A stretch of 64,000 bases of DNA from an uncultured Clostridia bacterium (GCA_963558185.1 CAUWFE010000003.1:14135-78134), one strand, 5' to 3'. Positions 9,351 through 19,250 are shown, numbered from the stretch's first letter. A program made the numbers and translations. The notes: generated from the sequence alone by a model not told the origin.

Positions 9351-10364
9351 ATGAAAAAAATATTGATATATATGTGTGGCTTTATATTACTATGTATTAT
9401 GATTCCTTTGATTTTTACAAAAAGATTTACAAATAATGTTCAAACTTCAAATACTTCAAATGAAATTGTAATAAATAATCAAAATAATGTACAAGAAAAT
9501 TCATACAATTATAAAGATTATAATGTAGTAAAATTGCTACATATGGAAACAAATGAAATAGAAGAAATCCCATTAGATGAATATTTGTATGGTGTAGTGT
9601 CAGCAGAAATGCCAGCAACATTTGAAAAGGAAGCTCTAAAAGCACAGGCAGTAGTTGCAAGAACATATACAATATATAAAATACAGAATAATGAAAACAA
9701 ACATGGAGAAGCTAGCATTTGTGATAACTCCGCATGTTGCCAAGCATGGATATCAAAAGATAAAAGGTTTGAAAAGTGGGAAGAAGCTAAAAGAGAAGAG
9801 AATTGGAACAAAATTGTTTCAGCAGTAAATGATACAAAAGGTAAAATAATTACATATGAAGGAAAGCCAATAAATGCCTTTTTTCATTCTAATAGTGGAG
9901 GAAAGACAGAAACAACATTAAATGTATGGGGAGGAAGTGGTTACCCATATTTACAAACAGTAAGTACATCAGGAGAAGAAAATTATACACAATATTCATC
10001 AGAATATGTATGTAGTAAACAAGAATTTATTAGTAAAATACAAGAAAAACACAAAGATTTTGCAATAGATTTTTCTAATCCAGAAGAACTTAAAGTATTA
10101 GAACATACAGATGGAAATCGTATAAAAAAGATGAAAGTTGGAAATTTAGAATTGTCTGGAGTAGAATTAAGAACTATATTTTCACTTAGGTCAGCGAATT
10201 TTACAGTACAATTAGACGGAGAAAATATAAAGTTTCAAGTAACTGGATATGGTCATGGAGTAGGAATGAGTCAAACAGGAGCTGATAGCATGGCAAAACA
10301 AGGAAGCGATTATGAAGAAATTATAAGACACTTTTATACAGGAATTGAAATTATAAATTTATAA
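9351..10364 (+). CDS. spoIID: Stage II sporulation protein D (SpoIID/LytB family lytic transglycosylase)
   Basis: N-terminal TM. SpoIID motifs include AQAVVARTY, NAFFHSNSGGKTE and GYGHGVGMSQTGA. Confidence 0.8.
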   Translation: MKKILIYMCGFILLCIMIPLIFTKRFTNNVQTSNTSNEIVINNQNNVQENSYNYKDYNVVKLLHMETNEIEEIPLDEYLYGVVSAEMPATFEKEALKAQAVVARTYTIYKIQNNENKHGEASICDNSACCQAWISKDKRFEKWEEAKREENWNKIVSAVNDTKGKIITYEGKPINAFFHSNSGGKTETTLNVWGGSGYPYLQTVSTSGEENYTQYSSEYVCSKQEFISKIQEKHKDFAIDFSNPEELKVLEHTDGNRIKKMKVGNLELSGVELRTIFSLRSANFTVQLDGENIKFQVTGYGHGVGMSQTGADSMAKQGSDYEEIIRHFYTGIEIINL

Positions 10365-10431
10365 AATTAAATGTATAAAATTGACAATTACGGAAATAAT
10401 TAAACTAAAGAAAAAGTAAGGAGGAAAAAAT

Positions 10432-11268
10432 ATGGAAAGACGTAGGAGAAATGAAGAAAAATTGGTAGGAGGAGAAAATAAAAGATTAATTTATATAGTA
10501 GTTGGAGTATTGATTGTTGCCGTTTTAGCATTTGTAATTACATTTCTAGTATATAGTAATAATATGAGTGTAAATCCAGAAGAACCAGGAATAGGTCAAA
10601 TAAAAATGGAACCAGTACTAGCTAATCAAATTAGTAATGAACAAACTTCACAAGTAAGTAGTTCTGTAGGAAAAAATGTAAATGAAATGATGGAAAATGA
10701 TATAAAAATTGCAATTAATACAACAAATATGGAAAAAGAGAAAGTAACAGAAGAACAGAAAGAGCAAGAAAAAAATAAATCAGAAAAGAGTAATGTAGAA
10801 AAGAATGAATCAGAAAAAGTCGAAAAAGAACAAAAAGAAGAAACAGCAAAAGAGAATGAGGAACCAGTATTTACAAAACCAGTTGAAGGAGAGATAAGTG
10901 TAAATTTTGCGAAAGATAATTTAGTTTATTCAGAAACTTTGCAAGAATGGGTAACACATAATGGAATAGATATAAATGCAGAAAAAACCACGGTAGTTAA
11001 AGCTTCAGCTGATGGTACTGTTAAAGCAATAAAAAATGATCCAAGATATGGTATAACCGTTATTTTACAACATCAAAATGGATATGAAACAGTATATTCA
11101 AATTTATTAACAGCTGAATTTGTAAAAGAAGGGGAAGATGTTACAACAGGACAAACTTTAGGAACAGTAGGCAACACTGCTACTTTTGAAATTGCACAAG
11201 AACCACACTTACATTTTGAAATTTTAAAAGATGGGGAAAATGTGGACCCTAATTTATATATAAAATAA
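10432..11268 (+). CDS. M23/LytM-family metallopeptidase with N-terminal TM. SpoIIQ-like because it sits next to spoIID.
   Basis: TM helix, K/E-rich linker, and a C-terminal LytM domain with HxH (EPHLHFEI). Clostridial SpoIIQ retains the HxH motif. Confidence 0.55.
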   Translation: MERRRRNEEKLVGGENKRLIYIVVGVLIVAVLAFVITFLVYSNNMSVNPEEPGIGQIKMEPVLANQISNEQTSQVSSSVGKNVNEMMENDIKIAINTTNMEKEKVTEEQKEQEKNKSEKSNVEKNESEKVEKEQKEETAKENEEPVFTKPVEGEISVNFAKDNLVYSETLQEWVTHNGIDINAEKTTVVKASADGTVKAIKNDPRYGITVILQHQNGYETVYSNLLTAEFVKEGEDVTTGQTLGTVGNTATFEIAQEPHLHFEILKDGENVDPNLYIK

Positions 11269-11276
11269 TATTAAAA

Positions 11277-11310
11277 GTGCATTACTAAATAAAAAGTAAT
11301 GCATTTATTT
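11277..11310. terminator. Bidirectional rho-independent terminator
   Basis: TGCATTACT-aaataaaa-AGTAATGCA hairpin with T-rich flanks. Confidence 0.6.
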
Positions 11311-11457
11311 ACTATTTAATAAGGTTAAGCTATTAGGTAATTATTTACAAAAAATTATAAATAATATATAGTAAAAACTTGTTTAAAATATAATAAAGAG
11401 TAGTTTTTTGATAACTACTCTTTAACATTATATAAGTGGATATTTATAAAATAGGAA

Positions 11458-12744
11458 TTAATTTTGTGGAACTAATTTTTCTAATCCACCCATATATGGT
11501 CTTAAAACTTCTGGAATAATTACACTTCCATCAGGTTGATAGTTATTTTCCAAAATAGAAATTAACATACGAGGAGGAGCAACAACAGTATTATTTAGTG
11601 TATGTGCATAATAATTTCCGTTTTCTCCTTTAATACGAATTCCTAATCTACGTGCTTGAGCATCAGTAAGATTAGAACAACTACCAACTTCAAAGTATTT
11701 TTGTTGCCTTGGACTCCATGCCTCAACATCACAAGATTTTGCTTTTAAGTCTGCTAAGTCACCAGAACAACATTCTAACGTACGTACAGGAATACCCATA
11801 CTTCTAAAGAATTCTACAGTGTAAGACCACATTTTATCATACCAATTCCATGAATCTTCTGGTTCACATACAACAATCATTTCTTGTTTCTCAAATTGAT
11901 GAATTCTATAAACTCCACGTTCCTCTATTCCATGTGCACCTTTTTCTTTTCTAAAACAAGGAGAATATGATGTCATTGTATATGGCATTTTGTCTTTTTC
12001 AAGAATTTGACCTTTAAATTTGCCTATCATTGAATGTTCACTAGTACCAATTAAATATAAATCTTCTCCTTCTATTTTGTACATCATGGCATCCATTTCA
12101 TCAAAACTCATAACGCCAGAAACAACATCAGAACGAATCATAAAAGGTGGAATACAATAAGTAAATCCTTTATTAATCATAAAATCTCTAGCATACGTAA
12201 TAACAGCAGAGTGTAATCTAGCAACATTACCTAATAAATAATAAAAGCCATTACCAGAAACTCTACGTGCTGAGTCAAAATCTATTCCTCCTAATTTTTC
12301 TAAAATTTCTCCATGAAATGGAATATTATAGTCAGGAACAACAGGCTCACCAAATCTTTCAATTTCTACATTTTGACTATCATCTTTTCCTATAGGTACG
12401 CTTTCATGAATCATATTTGGAATTTTCATCATTCTTTCTTTTACTTGAATTGAATATTCTTCTTCTAATTTTTCATTTTCTTCAAGTTTATTATTAATAT
12501 CTTTAACTTTTTGCTTTATATCTTCTGCTTCTTCTTTTTTACCTTCTTTCATAAGTAATCCAATTTGAGAACTTAAAGAGTTACGTGCAGCACGTAATTC
12601 ATCTCCTTTTAATATTGCTTCTCTGTTTTTCTTATCTAACATAATGACTTCATCAACTAAAGCTAGTTTATGGTCTTGAAATTTTTTCTTAATGTTTTCT
12701 TTAACTAAATCGGGATTTTCCCTTACAAATTTAATATCTAACAT
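11458..12744 (-). CDS. serS: Serine--tRNA ligase
   Basis: N-terminal coiled-coil arm. Class II aaRS motifs are present (FRKEKGAHGIEERGVYRIHQFEKQE, GSCSNLTDAQARRLGIRIK). The start is taken at the ATG (complement of 12742-12744) after AAGGGGAAA, not at the longer in-frame ORF. Confidence 0.9.
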   Translation of the reverse strand: MLDIKFVRENPDLVKENIKKKFQDHKLALVDEVIMLDKKNREAILKGDELRAARNSLSSQIGLLMKEGKKEEAEDIKQKVKDINNKLEENEKLEEEYSIQVKERMMKIPNMIHESVPIGKDDSQNVEIERFGEPVVPDYNIPFHGEILEKLGGIDFDSARRVSGNGFYYLLGNVARLHSAVITYARDFMINKGFTYCIPPFMIRSDVVSGVMSFDEMDAMMYKIEGEDLYLIGTSEHSMIGKFKGQILEKDKMPYTMTSYSPCFRKEKGAHGIEERGVYRIHQFEKQEMIVVCEPEDSWNWYDKMWSYTVEFFRSMGIPVRTLECCSGDLADLKAKSCDVEAWSPRQQKYFEVGSCSNLTDAQARRLGIRIKGENGNYYAHTLNNTVVAPPRMLISILENNYQPDGSVIIPEVLRPYMGGLEKLVPQN

Positions 12745-12745
12745 A

Positions 12746-12990
12746 AAATTTCCCCTTTCTATTTGGCTGCATAAAACAAAAAAGTCCATATGCTATGCAT
12801 AAGGACGAATATATTTCGCGGTGCCACCTTAATTACTTAAAATTAAAAAGTATCTTTCCATGCTGATAACCAAGCATGACTCGGTTTAGTTTTCACTAAA
12901 GGCATAAAAGTAGATTCATCTATATGTATATAACTGTTTTCACCAACCACAGATTCTCTAATATATAAAATTATAGATTACTTATCTTTT
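12746..12990 (-). promoter_or_regulatory. T-box riboswitch leader of serS, with a UCU serine specifier
   Basis: On the minus strand there is an AGAGA element, then a specifier loop GAAUCUAC. The conserved T-box sequence AATTAAGGTGGCACCGCG is the complement of 12815-12832. A terminator GTCCTTATGC-ATA-GCATATGGAC plus T6 lies just upstream of the serS RBS. Confidence 0.75.
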
Positions 12991-13175
12991 ATATAGCAAT
13001 TTAACAATATTAATTTTACCATATTAATAGAAAATATGCAACAAAAATAAAAAATATTTTATTACTAGTAGTTAAAGCTTTCTAGTTAAAATTATTAAAA
13101 AGTATTATCTCCTATCACTATATGACAAACTTCGACATAAAATATAATAAGCCAAAGTTATATAGGAGGATAATT

Positions 13176-14003
13176 GTGAAAAACATAAAAAAGGGAGATA
13201 TAGTAGCAAGAATTTCATATGGAAAAGATATAATTTTTTCAATTGAGAAAATAGTAAGAACAGAAAAACATGAAATTGCAATATTAAAGGGAATAACAAA
13301 AAGAATTGTAGCAGATAGTTATATAGAAGATTTAGTTGTAGTTGATAAAAGAATAGTACAAGAAGCTCAAGAAAAAATAGATAATAAAATAAAACATAAA
13401 TTACAAACAGCAAATTTATCAAAGAATTTTTTTGGCTTAAAAAGAGGAAGTAAAGAATTAATAACAGGAAGTATTTTGCATTTAGATGGAGATAAAAGAT
13501 ATAGCCAAAAATCTATGAGATATTATAAAAGTTTAGGATTAAATGCAAATGTAAAAAACATAGCAGAATATAAACAGCCTAAAATGATATTAGAATTATT
13601 AGAAATTTATAATCCAGACATATTAATAGTTACTGGTCATGATGGAATGATAAGAAAAGGAATTAAATATAACGATATATATAATTATAGAAATTCTAGA
13701 TATTTTATACAAACAGTGAAAAAAGCAAGACAATATAAAAATACAAAAGAATTAGCAATTTTTGCAGGAGCATGCCAAAGTTTTTATGAAGCATTAATAG
13801 AAGCAGGAGCAAATTTTGCATCTTCACCAGGCAGAATAATGATAGACTTTATAGATCCTTTAATTGTAGCAGAAAGAATTGCAACAACAGATAATTATAA
13901 ATATCTAAGAATTGAAGACATAAAAGACGAATTAAGAGATGGAGAAGAAGGTGTTAGTGGAATAGGTAGTATAGGGAAGAAAAAGAGTAATATACAAATG
14001 TAA
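13176..14003 (+). CDS. yabG: Sporulation-specific protease YabG
   Basis: Matches B. subtilis YabG in the N-terminal blocks GDIVARISYGKDIIFSIEKI and IAILKGITKRIVADSYIEDLVVV. GTG start at 13176, 5 nt after AGGAGGA. The in-frame ATG at 13122 lacks an SD. Confidence 0.7.
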   Translation: MKNIKKGDIVARISYGKDIIFSIEKIVRTEKHEIAILKGITKRIVADSYIEDLVVVDKRIVQEAQEKIDNKIKHKLQTANLSKNFFGLKRGSKELITGSILHLDGDKRYSQKSMRYYKSLGLNANVKNIAEYKQPKMILELLEIYNPDILIVTGHDGMIRKGIKYNDIYNYRNSRYFIQTVKKARQYKNTKELAIFAGACQSFYEALIEAGANFASSPGRIMIDFIDPLIVAERIATTDNYKYLRIEDIKDELRDGEEGVSGIGSIGKKKSNIQM

Positions 14004-14098
14004 TTTAAAAGAAATCAAAATGTAATATAAATGTAATAAATAAGCTTAAAAAGCTTTAGTATCAACTAAAAACAATATTCGACATAAGGTTTTACGTT

Positions 14099-14127
14099 TT
14101 GACAAAATGTGCATTTTATGTTATTAT
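14099..14127 (+). promoter_or_regulatory. Consensus-like sigma-A promoter of veg
   Basis: TTGACA, a 17-nt spacer, then TATTAT. The veg promoter is classically very strong in Bacillus. Confidence 0.6.
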
Positions 14128-14156
14128 CTTAGCATATTAATAAAGTAGGTGATATA

Positions 14157-14435
14157 GTGATTTGTAAAAGTGATATAACAAATTTAAAAACTGATATAGG
14201 GGATATGATAGGACAAAAAATCATTGTTAAAGGATCTCTAGGAAGGAGCAAATCATTTGAAAAAGAAGCTACTATAGAGAAAGCATATGAAAATATATTT
14301 GTTGTAAAATATGATGAAAACCAAAGAAATACAACATATAGTTATACTGATGTTTTAACAAAAACAGTAGAATTAGATATTTTTGATGGAAAAGAATATA
14401 ATCCATTAGTTCCAAATATTACAGAATTAAAATAA
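14157..14435 (+). CDS. veg: Veg protein (biofilm formation stimulator)
   Basis: Aligns with B. subtilis Veg: DITNLKTDIGDMIGQKIIVKGSLGRSKS against [26 protein letters not shown], and YSYTDVLTKTVEL against YSYADILTETVEL. The yabG-veg adjacency is also seen in Bacillus. Confidence 0.8.
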   Translation: MICKSDITNLKTDIGDMIGQKIIVKGSLGRSKSFEKEATIEKAYENIFVVKYDENQRNTTYSYTDVLTKTVELDIFDGKEYNPLVPNITELK

Positions 14436-14537
14436 ATGTAAGTTAGCAAAAGCTAGCTTATTTTTTTGCAAAAAATAGTCATTTTTGGTATTGTACATAC
14501 ATATATTAAAATAACAAAATAAAGGAGGTAAATAAAT

Positions 14538-16067
14538 ATGGCTATAGAGCTTGCAAAAGAAACTTTATGCATAGGGCAAATGGTAGGGCAAAAAGTAGAA
14601 AATTGGATTGCAGAAACAGATAGTGTGGTACCAGATATTAAGCCAGATATTTTAAATACTATAAATACAAATGGAACAATATGTGTGTATAAAAAAGAAA
14701 TATTAGATGGAAAAATAAAAATAGAAGGAAGTATACAAGTATATGTAGCTTATTTAGCAGATGATGAACAAAGTAATTTACGAAGTTTACATACAACTGT
14801 AGACTTTTCAAAAGTGATAGAAATGGAAAATGCAAAAGAAGGGATGAATTTAGAAGAAAATTTACGATTAAAAAATATAGAATGCAAAGTATTAAATGGA
14901 AGAAAAGTAAATATAAAAGCTATGATAGAAGCAAATGTATTAGTATCAGCAAATGAAAATATAGAATTTGTAAAAGAAATTAAAGAAGTAAAAGATGTTC
15001 AAATGTTAAATGAAAGTTTAATGATAAATTCTTTATTAGGTAGTGGAGCAACTAAAGTTTATGCAAAAGATACATTTATAATACAAGAAGTAGATGATTT
15101 ATCTGAAATAATGAAGGTAAACATAGCAATTAAAAATAAAGAAACAAAAATAAGCTATAATAAAGTTTTAGCAAAAGCTGATACAGAAGTAAAAATAATG
15201 TATTTAACTACAGATGGAAGAATTAATAAAGTAGAAGGAACTATTCCTATTATGGGATTTATAGACATACAAGATGTAACAGAAGAAAACCTTTGTGAAA
15301 CTAATTATGAGGTTAAAAATTTATTAATTAAACCGAATAATATAGAAGAACATTCTGTATATATTGAAGCAGAGGTTGAACTTAACTGCAATGTGTATGA
15401 AACAAAACAAATAAATGTTATACAAGATTTATATAGTCCAAGTGTAAATTTAAATTATAAACAAAAACAGATAAATTGTTTAGGACAAAAAAAGCTAGCA
15501 AAAGATATATTACATTTAACTGAAAAACAATATATAGAAGAAATAGGAAATCATAAAATACATGATGTAGAAGTAATACCAATTATATCTAATCAAAATA
15601 TTATGAAAGATAAAATATTATATGAAGGAGAATTAGAATTAAAGTGGATATTTGAAGCAGAGAATAGTTGTAAAATGGATACAAAAGTTACAAACATACC
15701 GTTTCAATATCAAATGGACTGTATAGGAGCAAAAGCTAATTCAAAGGTAAATACTCAAATGGAAATAATTATGCAAGATTTTGTAATACTACCAGACCAA
15801 AGTATTCAAAGTAAAATTGATATTCAATTTATTGCAGAAATATCTACAAAACAGTCAATAAGTGTAATAGACAATATATCTATCGAAGAAAGCAAATTAG
15901 AAGAAAAATATAGTTTAGTAATATATTTTGTAAAACCAGGGGATAGCTTATGGAAAATTGCAAAAAAATTTAGAAGTACAGTAGAAGCAATTGCAAAAGT
16001 TAATGATATTGAGAATGAAAATAAAATTAATGTAGGGGAACAATTATTTATTCCTATGGCCATTTAG
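14538..16067 (+). CDS. DUF3794-repeat protein with C-terminal LysM domain (SipL-like spore morphogenetic protein)
   Basis: About 500 aa of repeated beta-rich modules, then the LysM motif YVKPGDSLWKIAKKFRSTVEAIAKVNDI. Clostridial SipL has this architecture. Confidence 0.6.
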   Translation: MAIELAKETLCIGQMVGQKVENWIAETDSVVPDIKPDILNTINTNGTICVYKKEILDGKIKIEGSIQVYVAYLADDEQSNLRSLHTTVDFSKVIEMENAKEGMNLEENLRLKNIECKVLNGRKVNIKAMIEANVLVSANENIEFVKEIKEVKDVQMLNESLMINSLLGSGATKVYAKDTFIIQEVDDLSEIMKVNIAIKNKETKISYNKVLAKADTEVKIMYLTTDGRINKVEGTIPIMGFIDIQDVTEENLCETNYEVKNLLIKPNNIEEHSVYIEAEVELNCNVYETKQINVIQDLYSPSVNLNYKQKQINCLGQKKLAKDILHLTEKQYIEEIGNHKIHDVEVIPIISNQNIMKDKILYEGELELKWIFEAENSCKMDTKVTNIPFQYQMDCIGAKANSKVNTQMEIIMQDFVILPDQSIQSKIDIQFIAEISTKQSISVIDNISIEESKLEEKYSLVIYFVKPGDSLWKIAKKFRSTVEAIAKVNDIENENKINVGEQLFIPMAI

Positions 16068-16079
16068 AAAAAGGAAATT

Positions 16080-16784
16080 ATGGATAAAATTTATTCAAGA
16101 AGAAGAATCAAGATACCAAACATAAGAAAAAACATTGAAAATAAAAAAATGAAAAAAATAATTATTCTATTTACAATTTTTATTATAGGAATAATAACAG
16201 CTAAATTTATATTATCTGCAATTATTCCTATAGTAGATAAAGAATGTAGAGATATATGCAAAATAATTGCAACAAAGGTAAGTAATGAACAGGCGACAAA
16301 AGTAATGAATAATTATAAATATGATGATATGACAGTAATAACAAAAGATTCAAAAGGAAATATTGCAATGATTAGTGCAAATATGATTACAGTAAATGAA
16401 ATTACATCAGATATTGCAATAAAAATTCAAGAAGCATTTGAAAAAAATGAAAATGCCGTTTTTAATATAAAGTTAGGTTCTTTTTTGGGAAGCAAAATGT
16501 TATCAGGTAGAGGACCAGATATAGAAATAAAATTAAAAACCACAGGAAATATAGAAACTAATTTAATATCACAATTAGAATCTACAGGAATAAATCAAAC
16601 ATTACACAAGATTTATTTAGAAGTAAAGTGCAAAGTTAGTGTATTAACACCTTTTGAAACTATTGAAGAACAAATTGTAAATCAAATATTGTTAGCAGAA
16701 TCTGTAATTATAGGAACTACTCCAAATACATATTATAATTTAGAAGGGTTAGATCAAAAAGAAAGTTTAGAAGCGATGGAATAA
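16080..16784 (+). CDS. yunB: Sporulation protein YunB family
   Basis: N-terminal TM. YunB-like blocks include MISANMITVNEITSDIAIKIQE, FLGSKMLSGRGPDIEIKL and YLEVKCKVSVLTPF. Confidence 0.65.
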   Translation: MDKIYSRRRIKIPNIRKNIENKKMKKIIILFTIFIIGIITAKFILSAIIPIVDKECRDICKIIATKVSNEQATKVMNNYKYDDMTVITKDSKGNIAMISANMITVNEITSDIAIKIQEAFEKNENAVFNIKLGSFLGSKMLSGRGPDIEIKLKTTGNIETNLISQLESTGINQTLHKIYLEVKCKVSVLTPFETIEEQIVNQILLAESVIIGTTPNTYYNLEGLDQKESLEAME

Positions 16785-16840
16785 GAGCATATAAGTATGC
16801 TCTATTTTCTTTACTAAAATATTGAGAATTTTATTGCGAA

Positions 16841-16861
16841 ATGTCGAAAATTTAAGTATAA
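16841..16861 (+). promoter_or_regulatory. Spo0A-box-like motif abutting a -10 element upstream of the sufC-like gene
   Basis: TGTCGAA at 16841-16847, followed by TATAAT at 16856-16861. Confidence 0.35.
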
Positions 16862-16931
16862 TATATGTGTAATATTTCAAAGAGCGGTGGAAGAAATATT
16901 ATAGCAAAAAATAACCAAGAGAGGAGTATAT

Positions 16932-17657
16932 ATGTTAGAACTACAAAATGTATGTTTTACAAGAGAAAATAAAAAAATATTAGATAATATAAATTTAAAA
17001 TTAGAAGATAACCAATTTGTTGTTATTACTGGTCCAAATGGTTCAGGAAAATCAACACTTGCTAAAATTATAATGGGAATAGAAAAACAGGACAATGGAC
17101 AAGTTATATTAGATGGTCAATATATTAGTAACAAAACTATATATGAAAGAGCAAATTTAGGAATGAGTTTTGCTTTTCAACAACCAGTAAAATTTAAAGG
17201 AATTACTGTATATGATTTATTAAAAATTTCAGCTAAAAAGCAAATAAATAGAAAAGAAGCTTGTGAAATACTTGCTAAAGTAGGTTTATGTGCAAAAGAA
17301 TATTTAGATAGAGAAGTAAATAGTTCTTTATCAGGAGGAGAATTAAAAAGAATAGAAATTGCTACTGTAGCATTAAGACAAGCAAAGCTAACTATATTTG
17401 ATGAGCCAGAAGCAGGCATTGACTTATGGAGTTTTCAAAGTTTAATTAAAGTCTTTGAGGAAATAAGAAATGAAATTCATGGAACTACTATAATTATTTC
17501 ACATCAAGAGAGAATTTTAAATATTGCAGATAAAATAATTATAATGAAAGCTGGAAAAATAGAAAAAATAGGAACAAGAGAAGAATTAATATCTGAGGTA
17601 ATAGGTACAAATACAAAACCTGCATGTTGTAAAATAGGAGGTGGAAAGTATGAGTAA
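16932..17657 (+). CDS. sufC: Fe-S cluster assembly ATPase SufC-like (ABC ATPase)
   Basis: Walker A GPNGSGKST, ABC signature LSGGELKR, Walker B TIFDEPEAGID and the H-loop. The size and sequence resemble SufC. Confidence 0.65.
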   Translation: MLELQNVCFTRENKKILDNINLKLEDNQFVVITGPNGSGKSTLAKIIMGIEKQDNGQVILDGQYISNKTIYERANLGMSFAFQQPVKFKGITVYDLLKISAKKQINRKEACEILAKVGLCAKEYLDREVNSSLSGGELKRIEIATVALRQAKLTIFDEPEAGIDLWSFQSLIKVFEEIRNEIHGTTIIISHQERILNIADKIIIMKAGKIEKIGTREELISEVIGTNTKPACCKIGGGKYE

Positions 17658-18579
17658 TTTAGAAAATATAGATAATAAACTATTATCAGAAATATCTGAT
17701 AGTTTAGAAAATACTTTTCAAGGGGCCTATAATATTAGAAAAAATGGAAAAGGAATAGAACGTAAAATAACTGAAAATATTAATATAGTAACAAAACAAG
17801 ATGTGTCAGGAATTGATATATATGTAAAAGAAAATACAAATATGGAATTTGTACATATACCAGTTATAATTACGGAAAGTGGTTTAAAAGATATAGTATA
17901 TAATGATTTTTATATAGGAAAAAATGCAAAAGTAATTATTATTGCAGGCTGTGGAATTCATAATGACCATCATGCAGAAACCACTCATAATGGAATTCAT
18001 CGATTCTTTTTAGAAGAGGGAGCATATGTAAAATACTATGAAAAGCACTATGGTGAAGGCACAGGAGATGGAAAAAGAGTGTTAAACCCTGTAACAGAGG
18101 TACATTTAAAGGATGGTGCTACAATGGAAATGGATTCAGTTCAAATAAAAGGAGTAGATTCAACAGATAGAATAACTAAAGGAACATTAGATGCAAATAC
18201 TAATTTTATAGTAACAGAAAAAATTATGACACATGGAAATCAATTTGCAAAAACAACATTTGAAGTAGAGCTAAAAGGTGAAAATTCAAGTACACATGTT
18301 ACATCAAGGTCTGTTGCAACAGATAATTCACTACAAGAATTTAAATCAAATGTTACAGGTAATAATAAATGTTTTGGTCATGTAGAATGTGATGCAATAT
18401 TAAAAGATAATGGAAAGGTAATTGCTACACCTGAAATTGTAGCAAATTGTGTAGATGCAAATTTAATTCACGAGGCAGCTATAGGAAAAATAGCAGGAGA
18501 GCAACTTATGAAATTAATGACATTAGGTCTAACAGAAAAAGAAGCTGAAGAACAAGTAATAAACGGATTTTTAAAATAA
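17641..18579 (+). CDS. SufB/SufD-family Fe-S cluster assembly protein
   Basis: Beta-helix SufBD-like region, translationally coupled to the sufC-like gene by overlap. Confidence 0.55.
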   Translation: MESMSNLENIDNKLLSEISDSLENTFQGAYNIRKNGKGIERKITENINIVTKQDVSGIDIYVKENTNMEFVHIPVIITESGLKDIVYNDFYIGKNAKVIIIAGCGIHNDHHAETTHNGIHRFFLEEGAYVKYYEKHYGEGTGDGKRVLNPVTEVHLKDGATMEMDSVQIKGVDSTDRITKGTLDANTNFIVTEKIMTHGNQFAKTTFEVELKGENSSTHVTSRSVATDNSLQEFKSNVTGNNKCFGHVECDAILKDNGKVIATPEIVANCVDANLIHEAAIGKIAGEQLMKLMTLGLTEKEAEEQVINGFLK

Positions 18580-18595
18580 AAAAAGGAGTGATTGC

Positions 18596-19054
18596 ATGCA
18601 GAAAAATACAATAATTATTGCTATTGCAATAGTTATATCTATTTTAATAGGAATTGGTATAGGAGTTTTTATTCCAAAATTAAAGCAAGCAACACTTCCA
18701 GAATGGAAAAAGAAATATCCATATATAGAAGAATCAGATTATGAAATAAATATAGAAGGAGATAAACAAATATTAGAAGAATTAGCACAAAACGATGACA
18801 AATCTTCCATAACAAGAGAAGTATATCATTATATATATTATGATGATGAAAAAGCACAAGAACAGTTTTTACAAGATTTAAAACAATATCCGTATAATAC
18901 AAATGTTGATACTGAAACAAAATGTGTAGTAGTTATTGTAAATTCAACAACAGAAGAAAAGGTAATAGAAGAACAAATGCTTAATATATTAAATCTATCT
19001 AAAAAGTATAATTTAGAATATGATGGCTGGGAAACAATAATTTGCAATGGTTAA
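18596..19054 (+). CDS. Membrane-anchored hypothetical protein
   Basis: A single N-terminal TM, good RBS (AAGGAG) and no recognised domain. Confidence 0.4.
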   Translation: MQKNTIIIAIAIVISILIGIGIGVFIPKLKQATLPEWKKKYPYIEESDYEINIEGDKQILEELAQNDDKSSITREVYHYIYYDDEKAQEQFLQDLKQYPYNTNVDTETKCVVVIVNSTTEEKVIEEQMLNILNLSKKYNLEYDGWETIICNG

Positions 19055-19250
19055 CAAAAAGTAGTATAATAGAAATATAACTCGTTGTTTTATATTAAAG
19101 GAGGTTTTAATGAAAGAACTATTATTTTATAAAAAATACTTGAAAAAGAGTAAAAAAATATGATGTTCTAGTTATTTAAAACAGCAACCGAGTCTATTAA
19201 TTAAAGACTCAAAAGCAATAAAGTCATAATAGCAAAGAAGGATATATTGT

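Noticed and set aside
10690-10870. Apparent tandem repetition (EKEK..EKNKSEK..EKNESEK..EKEQKEE) inside the SpoIIQ-like gene
   Set aside because: It is a Lys/Glu-rich low-complexity linker in a coding region. It is not a nucleotide-level tandem repeat or CRISPR-like array.
16870-16890. Shared 12-13 mer AAAGAGCGG(T/A)GGA upstream of both the sufC-like gene and lepA
   Set aside because: A single shared word of this length is within chance expectation in 64 kb. In lepA it overlaps the SD. There is no evidence of a common regulatory element.
19098-19151. AGGAGG followed by a 17-codon ORF (MKELLFYKKYLKKSKKI)
   Set aside because: It is too short and low-complexity to call. It is probably a relic RBS within the degraded HNH island, and is mentioned only as context.
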